Assembly (NCBI GenBank): GCA_029560515.1
Contig: JAKQKT010000370.1
Coordinates: forward strand, 98-64,097
DNA length: 64,000 bases
Direction: 5' to 3'
Source: Pseudomonadota bacterium
Lineage (GTDB): Bacteria > Pseudomonadota > Gammaproteobacteria > Xanthomonadales > Xanthomonadaceae
Made by a program: the position numbers and the translations under genes. Shown piece after piece: positions 48,450 through 56,590 of the stretch; the stretch's first letter is position 1, and every line of letters begins with the position of its first letter. Under the pieces are notes generated by a model. That model had not been told where the DNA came from and searched no databases. It saw only the letters and a program-made list of their open reading frames with translations.

Positions 48450-51400
48450 ATGTTCAAGCGTGTATTTTGGCTGTCAATTTTCTTGGCAGTGTCGGCTTTT
48501 GCAGGTCAAGTCGTCATCAAGTCAGGAGTTTTGGCACGCGAAGACATCGCGGTAGTCGGCGAAAGCACCTGGGACAAACTGGCAAACGCGGCCTCGCAAA
48601 CTTCGCAGGAAATCTGGAATTCCGCCAAGTCGATGGCCAAATCGGCCAGTTTTCTGCTGCCGGATGCCATCATCCAGTCGCTCAGCGGTGAATTGCCGAC
48701 GCATGACGCCACCGTGGGTAGTACGCCCGGTGAAGCCGGCGTTTCCGGTGGTTCGGCCAGTTACAGCATTCCCATTGCCTTACCGCCTGGCCGCAAAGGC
48801 ATGCAGCCGAATATCTCGCTGAACTACAGTAGCAAAAGTGGCAATGGCATTGCCGGCATGGGTTGGAATGTGTCGGGTCTGTCGTCCCTGCATCGTTGCC
48901 CGATGACGATTGAGCAAGATGGTCAGGCGCGTGCCGTGGATTACTCGATGAACGATCGTCTTTGTTTCGATGGTCAGCGACTGGTCGCTACCAGCGGCAC
49001 CTATGGCGCGATCAACACGACCTATGCCACGGAAATCAATTCCTTCGCCCGCATCACGCAACTCGGCGGCGATTTGAATGCGGTCAATTCCTACTTCAAG
49101 GTGGAATATAAATCCGGCGAAATTGCCTATTTCGGTGGTACCTCGACCACGGCCAATAATGCCCGCGTTATCGCCAGCGGCGTGACCAAGCCCCTGAACT
49201 GGTTGATCGCCCGCAGCGAAGACCGTCTTGGCAATAATATCGTGTACACCTATACCAATTTCGGTAGTGGCGAATTTCAACCAGCGGCAATTTTTTATAC
49301 CGGCTTCAATACCACGCAAGGTGATCGCAAAGTTGAGTTCGTCTATGAAGCACGCCCGACCACCAACGGTGCCAATGATCAAAGCTCGTCTTATTTGGCC
49401 GGCGGCTTAACCCGTCAAACCCAGCGACTCACCACGATAAAAACCTGGGTCGGTACCGAAGCTGTTCGCGAATATCGCCTGAACTATGGCGGTATTGTCA
49501 GTACCACCAGCGGTCGCAGCCTGCTGCGCTCGGTGCAGGAATGCGCCATTCTCAGTGCTGCGGCGACTTGCCGCCGTCCGATCACGTTTGCCTGGCAGGA
49601 AGGTGAAACCAAATACAAAATTCGCAGCTATCCAAGTTTGGCAGCACTCGGCGTCAAAAAGTTGGACCCCGTAGGTGATCTCGATGGTGATGGCACGCGA
49701 GATTTTGCCGGCGCCCTCTACGATGCCAATGGCGTTTTTGTCAGCAATAAATTGATTTCATTCGGTTCGAATCGCGCCATTAGCTGGGTGCTGGATTCAC
49801 CCTACAGTTTCCGTTCGGCCAGTGACAATCAAAGTGTCGATTTTGATATGGACGGCAAGTCCGATCTGGTGACGGTAATCAATGGTCAGGTCGTCGTGAA
49901 TTTTTGGCGCGGTCCGGCCAATGCCACGACGTTTGCAACGGCATTCACCACGACTTGGAATACCGGTGTTCCAACGCTGAATGCGAAATACTTTATTCAG
50001 GATATGGATGCTGATGGTCGCAGCGACATCGTTGTTAGTGAAACTGTCGCTTCACCGACAAACGCCTGCTATGCCAAGTTGGCAATCTACAAAAACAATG
50101 TCGGAGCCGCACCCGGCAGCAGCGGCGGGTTTACCAAAATTGCCAACCCTTGTTTAAACGGTGGGCAGATTCCGGGAGGCATGTGGGATGGTGAGCGCAT
50201 CGATCGTGTCACCGATTTTGATGGCGATGCCTTACCAGATATTTGGGTAACATCAACGGCTAGTGATGGCAGTGGCAATGTTCCCAAGCGCATTTTATTC
50301 GGGCGAAAGAATCCAAGCTATTCTTTAGCGGCAAGCAATTTTTCTTCGCTATTTCCCGCCCTTGATCCCATTTCCTCGACTGAAAACGGTATCTATACCC
50401 CACGGCAGTGGATGGACGTCAATGGCGATGGCTTGGTCGATTTAGTCTATCCGCAAGGGACTTGGCGAATTCGTCTGAATACCGGCGGCAAATTCGGAAA
50501 TAAAATCACGACAAGCAGCAATAAAGGTATCGAGTTTTCAGAGACCGATATAGGTACAGGACTGACGACCTATCGTTATCAAAACTTTATCAGTCAGGCC
50601 GATAGCGATAATGATGGTCGTGAAGAAGTCCTGATCCCGCGCCGCTTCGCGGCACGCGTTTGCATTACGCATTTCCCCGAGCCGATCGATCCAGGTAACG
50701 AGCCCCAAATTGTCACGCCCGGCGGTAACGGTGGATCGGCTGCGAGAGCAGGTGCGGTATCGTCGATGTCGGCATCGACCGGCCTTAAATACGAAACCTG
50801 GATCGCCTGCCCGGAAGATCCATTAACCGGGCAACTAAACACGATCGGCGGTGTGGCCTTGGTGAGTGCGATTCCGGGCCAAAGCTTCGATACCAATAAT
50901 GACGGTACCGTCACCATGGCAGACGCCAACGATCTGGGTGAAGCGACGGGTGGTGTATATGGCATGTACACCTTCAAATTCCCGGTTGATCAATCGCGTT
51001 ATTACATGAACGCCTTGAAGTTTGTCGAAACGGCTCCGGGTCAGTTCAGTGTGATCGAGACGCCAACTGGTTTGATTGGCGGTGCAGAACCGATCGATGT
51101 CTATGGCGACGGCTTTCAGGATGCGCAACTGGCCTTCAGTTGTGATTATTCCGATCGGTCGCAATGCATCTTGATGGTGGGCGATGGCGCTATGGCGGCT
51201 TCGTTCCCAGGCAACTGGAATAACAATGAGCCGATTAAAAATGGCGGGCAGCATTTAATCAGCGAAAACGTGGGACCCAATTTCCAAAAAAATGATGACG
51301 CTCTGACACCCAAGTCTTCGGATACGCTTGCTTCGGTAACCGACGGTATCGGCAATCAAACCGCTTGGGCTTATTACCCCTTGTCGAGCGGCGCAAACCG

Positions 51401-54400
51401 CCAGCCCGGCGACACGCCGCTGTATTCCGTTCCCACCGATCTGGCACAACGCTACGTCGATGATCGCCATGTCTATTTCACTTCGTCGATGCAAGTGGTC
51501 TCGCAGATGACGCAGAGCAATGGCTTGGGCGATAACGTCAACACCACGCGTTATTCCTATTCCGAAGCGATGTACAACACCCAGGGCCGTGGCTTCCAGG
51601 GCTTCCGCAAAATCATCGAAGAAGATATGACCGGCGGTCTGCGAACCACGACTACGTTTAGTCAAAAATATCCGTTGACCAGCATGGTCGAAAAAGTGAT
51701 CGTCAATCCGATCAGTCGTCCTGGCGAAACCAGTCCGATCAGTCAAACGACGACTGCATGGCGTTGCAATCGCCTGAACCTCAATGACACCGCTGCCTGC
51801 AATATCACGCCCGGCACCAATCCGGTGCGTTTCGTCTTTCAGGCTGCTACCGAGAATGTCAGTTTTGATTTGAATACGGCCATGGCCGGCCTGCCTGATA
51901 AAATTACCGGCTACAACGCCGATTATTTTACGGACACCACCGCCTGCGATGGTGGCACCATATCCACCGTGTCGGGTTATGACGCCTACGGCAACCTCAC
52001 CGCGAAAACGCATTTCGTGTCGGATTTCGGCGACGGTACCGTAGGCTATAAAAACTATATTGCCTTGGCCTGCAATCGCACCCGCAATACTTTTGCCACT
52101 GCCGACACCACCAACTGGTGGTTGGACAAGCTGACCAATTCCGAAACCCGCAATGAAATCCTGCACGGCGCTGATCAGCCCTTGCCGAGCGGTGCCAGCA
52201 ATCCGGTTTACATCACCAATACCGCCTATACCTGGAACACCAACCGCACGCTCGCCAGCGAGACCTTCCAGAACGGTATCGCCAATCAACAAAAGCTGAC
52301 GGCCTATACCTATCCGGTCAGCAATAACTACGGCTTGCCACTCAGTGTCACCGTCACCGCGTCCGGCGATCAGAATGCCGGTGGACGCACCACGAGCACG
52401 ACTTACAGCACCGACGGTTACTTCCCGCTATCGGTGACCAATGCACTTGGCCATACCGCTACCACGGTGGTGCGCTTGCGTGATGGCTTGCCGATCAGCG
52501 TCACCGATCCCAATGGCCTGCGCAGCATCACCACCTATGATGCATTCAGTCAGGCGGTCTTGGTCAAGGCGCGCGGTGCCTTGGACTCGCAGTATCTGGC
52601 GCCCGACAAACAAGTCGCGGCGACCTGGTGCACGGTGACCAATGGCAACAACAGTTGCGGATTAAGCGATGCCGCCTATCAACTCACCAGCGTGCAAGAC
52701 GGTAGCCCGACCAGTGTCAGTACGCATGACAAGCTGGGCCGCGTATTACGCACGCAAAGCAAATTGCTGGATGGCACGCTCAGTTACTCTGACACGCAAT
52801 ACAACGACAAGGGTCAAACCACGCGTCAGTCCCTGCCTTATCGCAGTGGCGATACGCCTTTGTGGAGCACGTTCACGAGCTACGATAGTCTGGGTCGTCT
52901 GACCGGCAAGACCACGCCGCAGCAACATCCAACGCGCGGCGACATGGTCACCACGTACACCTACACCGGTCGCACCACTGCGATTCATGTCTGCGGTGAT
53001 CTCGATCTCGACAATACCGGCTGTCTGGATCTGTCGCGCACTACCGACAGCACTGGCCGCTATGTCGAAACCACCGATGCCCTCGGCGGCGTGACCAAAT
53101 TCTGGTTCGATGCCAATGGTCAGGCGGCGGTATTGCAAGACGTCAAAGGCAGCCAGATCAAGGCGACCTATAACGCCATTGGTCAACGCACCAGTGTGAA
53201 TGATCCGAATCAGGGCGTGAGTAATTTCACCTACAACGCCTTGGGTGAAGTGCTGACGCAAACCGATGCGCGTGCGATCACCAGCACCACCACCTACGAC
53301 AAGCTTGGTCGCAAAACCCAGTTCAGCGTTACCGCCGATGAAAACGGCGATGGTGTGAACGATGCGATTGTCGACACCTGGACCTATGACCCCAGCGGTG
53401 CGAAAGGGCAGTTGTCCCAAAGCAAACGCATGATCAACGGTGTGGTGGAACGTCAGGAAAATAATACCTTTGATGCGTTAATTCGTCCGAGCACTGTGGT
53501 CGCGGTGCAGAACACCGGTGGTGGCACCACGCGCACCTATAGCAGCGAGTTCCAGTACGACACTTACTACGGTCGCGTACTGGCCCAGTTCTTCCCGAAT
53601 GGCGAAGGCGAGCAATTCATCTTCAACCAATACGGTTACGAAACCGAACAGCGCAATGCGGTCAACGCCTCGGTCTATCGCCAGATCGTCACGGTCGATT
53701 CTGCTGGTCGTCCGACCCGAGAGTTGAAAGGTTTCAATCTGAGTACCGATACCGCCTATTGGCCAAATGGACAAACCAAATCGATCACCCACCAAAAAGA
53801 CGGCGTGACGATTCGGAAAATCAACTACGCCTACGACGTCTTCGGCAATGTCGCCACGCAGGAACTCAACAACGGCATGGCCGGCAATACGCTGGAAAGC
53901 TTTAGCTACGACAAATTGCATCGTCTGACGCAAAGTGAACGTACCGGTGCGGTAAGCAAGACCGTGACCTACGGTTACGACGCTGCCGGTAACTTCAACT
54001 TCAAATCCGATTTTAGTTTGAATACCGGAACCCCTTACAACCTGAGCACCGGTGGTTTGGGTGGTGGCGGTGCCAATGCAGTGAAAGAGGTCACCTTGAT
54101 AGGTGGTACGGTGCGTAAATACGGTTATGACGCCAGCGGCAATATGACGGCGGATGATGCCGGCTTTACTGCCAAATACGATCACGCCAATCTCGCCACC
54201 AAGTTACAACGCGGCGCCGTGATTAACTACTTCATTTACGACGCCAACAATGCCAAGGCTCGCCAAACCGGCACCGACGGCAGCAAGGTGTATCTGGGTG
54301 CTTATGAAGACTGGATTACTGCCGGTCAAACCAAAGTGAGCTTGGGTAATTACGCCCAGGTCACCAATGGCACCGGTGGTCGCGTACTGAACTACTTCCT

Positions 54401-55607
54401 GACCGATCGTCTGGGCAGTGTCGACGCGGTGACTGACGGGAACGGCAATCTGGTCGAAACACGCGGTTACGATGCTTTTGGTGCACCGCGCACTGGAACT
54501 TGGGGCGATGCAACGCAACTGGCGAGTACTGCGATTACGCCGAAGGGCTTTACGTCACACGAACATCTGAACAGCGTGCAGCTCATTCATATGAATGGGC
54601 GGATGTATGACTATCAGCTCGGACGCTTCCTGGGAGTCGATCCGTTTATTCAGGCGCCGACGAATAGTCAGAGTATGAATCCGTATTCGTACATCATGAA
54701 TAATCCGTTGAGTGCAACCGACCCAACCGGCTATGCATCAGAGCCAGTAGACTGTGCTAAAGCGCAGACATGTAAACCGGATAATGCAAAAGTAAGGAAT
54801 GAAGCACCAACGGGCTCTCACATAAAAAGTAACATCGTTGTCAGTGGTTCAAAAAATGGAGAGCATGTTTCACAAACATATAACAAAGATGGAATGCTAA
54901 TTAGCCAATCAATTAGCGGAAAGCCAAATGGAGCAGGAACTCAGTCTGCTCGTGGAAGCGGCAGCTCATTGACAGTCGCTACCAACGAGGAAAATTACAT
55001 TCCAGATTCTGTCAAAAAATCATGTAGCGGCTACATTGCACCATCTTCAGCTACATGTGGAATTGATAAGCTTGTAAAAGCTGCGGCCAGCAGCGGGGAG
55101 GCTATTGGGGACAAACTTGATAAATCGTTTGTAAATAAAAATATTCTGGAGCAGACAAACGTTATAGATGGAAAAGTTGTTACCTCGCTGAGCTATGCTG
55201 GTGATATTAAGGATGATTTGTTGACTAAAGCATTGAATGGGTGGAGTGATAAGGAGTTATTGATTAGCGGGGTTCGCAATCCTGAAGACGGGGCAGCACT
55301 CAATATTTCGATGGTTAATACCCCGGGCATGGCGAAATTGCTCGGGGCATGCGAATGTGAGTCGGCATTTTTGGTCGCGGGCCGTACCGACATTGAAGGT
55401 CAAGCGATAGCCATTAACTCTGATAGATCTTCGCACATTCAAAGATTGGCTCTTGAGCACGAATTAGGGCATTATTTTCTTGGCTATGGTCACCCTCAAG
55501 TTCAAATTGATTTCCTATTCGGCGGTGTAATGCAATACGGAGATGGATTTCAGCGCTCGCCCAATAAGCAAGATAGGAAAAGGTACAGAACGGTGTATGG
55601 AAGATAA
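48450..55607 (+). CDS. Secreted SpvB/FG-GAP/YD-RHS polymorphic toxin with C-terminal zinc metallopeptidase-like tip
   Basis: Signal peptide (AFA); SpvB-like YSIPIALPPG..GNGIAGMGW; DxDxDGxxD repeats; GRGFQGF; YD repeats; core HMNGRMYD..GRFLGVDP..NNPLSATDPTGY; AT-rich tip with HELGHYFLGYGH. Confidence 0.92.
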   Translation: MFKRVFWLSIFLAVSAFAGQVVIKSGVLAREDIAVVGESTWDKLANAASQTSQEIWNSAKSMAKSASFLLPDAIIQSLSGELPTHDATVGSTPGEAGVSGGSASYSIPIALPPGRKGMQPNISLNYSSKSGNGIAGMGWNVSGLSSLHRCPMTIEQDGQARAVDYSMNDRLCFDGQRLVATSGTYGAINTTYATEINSFARITQLGGDLNAVNSYFKVEYKSGEIAYFGGTSTTANNARVIASGVTKPLNWLIARSEDRLGNNIVYTYTNFGSGEFQPAAIFYTGFNTTQGDRKVEFVYEARPTTNGANDQSSSYLAGGLTRQTQRLTTIKTWVGTEAVREYRLNYGGIVSTTSGRSLLRSVQECAILSAAATCRRPITFAWQEGETKYKIRSYPSLAALGVKKLDPVGDLDGDGTRDFAGALYDANGVFVSNKLISFGSNRAISWVLDSPYSFRSASDNQSVDFDMDGKSDLVTVINGQVVVNFWRGPANATTFATAFTTTWNTGVPTLNAKYFIQDMDADGRSDIVVSETVASPTNACYAKLAIYKNNVGAAPGSSGGFTKIANPCLNGGQIPGGMWDGERIDRVTDFDGDALPDIWVTSTASDGSGNVPKRILFGRKNPSYSLAASNFSSLFPALDPISSTENGIYTPRQWMDVNGDGLVDLVYPQGTWRIRLNTGGKFGNKITTSSNKGIEFSETDIGTGLTTYRYQNFISQADSDNDGREEVLIPRRFAARVCITHFPEPIDPGNEPQIVTPGGNGGSAARAGAVSSMSASTGLKYETWIACPEDPLTGQLNTIGGVALVSAIPGQSFDTNNDGTVTMADANDLGEATGGVYGMYTFKFPVDQSRYYMNALKFVETAPGQFSVIETPTGLIGGAEPIDVYGDGFQDAQLAFSCDYSDRSQCILMVGDGAMAASFPGNWNNNEPIKNGGQHLISENVGPNFQKNDDALTPKSSDTLASVTDGIGNQTAWAYYPLSSGANRQPGDTPLYSVPTDLAQRYVDDRHVYFTSSMQVVSQMTQSNGLGDNVNTTRYSYSEAMYNTQGRGFQGFRKIIEEDMTGGLRTTTTFSQKYPLTSMVEKVIVNPISRPGETSPISQTTTAWRCNRLNLNDTAACNITPGTNPVRFVFQAATENVSFDLNTAMAGLPDKITGYNADYFTDTTACDGGTISTVSGYDAYGNLTAKTHFVSDFGDGTVGYKNYIALACNRTRNTFATADTTNWWLDKLTNSETRNEILHGADQPLPSGASNPVYITNTAYTWNTNRTLASETFQNGIANQQKLTAYTYPVSNNYGLPLSVTVTASGDQNAGGRTTSTTYSTDGYFPLSVTNALGHTATTVVRLRDGLPISVTDPNGLRSITTYDAFSQAVLVKARGALDSQYLAPDKQVAATWCTVTNGNNSCGLSDAAYQLTSVQDGSPTSVSTHDKLGRVLRTQSKLLDGTLSYSDTQYNDKGQTTRQSLPYRSGDTPLWSTFTSYDSLGRLTGKTTPQQHPTRGDMVTTYTYTGRTTAIHVCGDLDLDNTGCLDLSRTTDSTGRYVETTDALGGVTKFWFDANGQAAVLQDVKGSQIKATYNAIGQRTSVNDPNQGVSNFTYNALGEVLTQTDARAITSTTTYDKLGRKTQFSVTADENGDGVNDAIVDTWTYDPSGAKGQLSQSKRMINGVVERQENNTFDALIRPSTVVAVQNTGGGTTRTYSSEFQYDTYYGRVLAQFFPNGEGEQFIFNQYGYETEQRNAVNASVYRQIVTVDSAGRPTRELKGFNLSTDTAYWPNGQTKSITHQKDGVTIRKINYAYDVFGNVATQELNNGMAGNTLESFSYDKLHRLTQSERTGAVSKTVTYGYDAAGNFNFKSDFSLNTGTPYNLSTGGLGGGGANAVKEVTLIGGTVRKYGYDASGNMTADDAGFTAKYDHANLATKLQRGAVINYFIYDANNAKARQTGTDGSKVYLGAYEDWITAGQTKVSLGNYAQVTNGTGGRVLNYFLTDRLGSVDAVTDGNGNLVETRGYDAFGAPRTGTWGDATQLASTAITPKGFTSHEHLNSVQLIHMNGRMYDYQLGRFLGVDPFIQAPTNSQSMNPYSYIMNNPLSATDPTGYASEPVDCAKAQTCKPDNAKVRNEAPTGSHIKSNIVVSGSKNGEHVSQTYNKDGMLISQSISGKPNGAGTQSARGSGSSLTVATNEENYIPDSVKKSCSGYIAPSSATCGIDKLVKAAASSGEAIGDKLDKSFVNKNILEQTNVIDGKVVTSLSYAGDIKDDLLTKALNGWSDKELLISGVRNPEDGAALNISMVNTPGMAKLLGACECESAFLVAGRTDIEGQAIAINSDRSSHIQRLALEHELGHYFLGYGHPQVQIDFLFGGVMQYGDGFQRSPNKQDRKRYRTVYGR

Positions 55608-55625
55608 ATTAAGGGAGCCAAGAGT

Positions 55626-56222
55626 ATGATTAATGTAAAAAGTTTGGTGCCGTTTTTTTCATTGCTTGTGGTCGCCGCACTAGGATGTGCGCCAGTAGCA
55701 GCGACCAAAAAAATACCTATTGACAAAGATGTGAGCCAGTCCTGTAATGATGCGGCATGTAACTTTGTAATTAGTACGCAAGACAACACTTGGTTATGTT
55801 CAAAAATGACGATTGAAAAAAATCAGGACGGCAGTTTTCCTGAGTTGTGGATGAGCGAGGTGAGTTTTGAAATTGGGTCTAAATTTGGCCAGAAGAATTG
55901 TCAAAATGTGAAATATTTTCAGGTCGAGCATGCAGAGCTTGTGCGTGTATTCCATGCAATGAATGCTTTTAATACTGCAATTACAAACAATGGCGAATTG
56001 CTTAATGATGGTGAACTTAAATTGGTTGTTACGAAGTGTGTTTCAGATAAAAAACATCTTTATGTTGAGAATGCTTTTTTAGTCGAAGAAGATGAAAATG
56101 ATTACGTGTCGATATTCATTGAAGGCTGCGGCATGAAAATTGATGCTAGGGTTTATCAAAAGAATATTTATCAGCCAGGTTCCATTGTGCTTACGCGTGC
56201 TGCGCCATTAGCGCCTTTGTGA
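55626..56222 (+). CDS. Putative cognate immunity lipoprotein
   Basis: AT-rich, 18 nt downstream of the toxin, SD GGGAG, lipobox ALGC, several Cys. Confidence 0.7.
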   Translation: MINVKSLVPFFSLLVVAALGCAPVAATKKIPIDKDVSQSCNDAACNFVISTQDNTWLCSKMTIEKNQDGSFPELWMSEVSFEIGSKFGQKNCQNVKYFQVEHAELVRVFHAMNAFNTAITNNGELLNDGELKLVVTKCVSDKKHLYVENAFLVEEDENDYVSIFIEGCGMKIDARVYQKNIYQPGSIVLTRAAPLAPL

Positions 56223-56370
56223 AAATCCTGGACAAAAAAAGAGGGCAGGTTCATTTTGCAAAATCCTGGACACCCATTTTGCAAAACGCTAATACGCACT
56301 ATCGAACTAATCCTGATAGTGCTGAAAACAGCGGTTTATTTATCTGGAAAAAAAGGGGTCAGGTTCATTT
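56222..56370 (+). repeat. Short direct-repeat cluster upstream of the RAYT remnant
   Basis: AAAAAAGAGGGCAGGTTCATTT (~56235) and AAAAAAGGGGTCAGGTTCATTT (56349-56370); AAAATCCTGGACA twice; CATTTTGCAAAA twice. Confidence 0.75.
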
Positions 56371-56473
56371 AATTTAGCCCTTCAGGTTTTCCCTACAAAC
56401 AAAAGCTGGGTTTCCTGATTAAACACCTCAAACAAAATCTTGATCCTGTTGCTTTATAACAACAGGATTTTTT

Positions 56474-56548
56474 ATGGCTCGGCTTCCACGCTTTGACCTT
56501 CCCGGCATCGCCCAACATATTGTTCAACGTGGTAACGATAGGCTACCT
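56474..56548 (+). pseudogene. N-terminal remnant (~25 codons) of a RAYT/IS200-like Y1 HUH transposase
   Basis: MARLPRFDLPGIAQHIVQRGNDRLP matches the typical MARxPR...H(I/V)xQRGN.R start of REP-associated tyrosine transposases. Similarity stops there; HUH and catalytic Tyr are absent. Confidence 0.8.
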
Positions 56549-56590
56549 ACCTTGTTCTTCAAGTACAGTGAATTATGTGTAGCCTCAGAC

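Noticed and set aside
51255-54185. Several 224-345-aa minus-strand ORFs
   Set aside because: Antisense shadows of the RHS gene.
56222-56370. CRISPR array
   Set aside because: Only two copies of each repeat, irregular spacing and no cas genes in the window.
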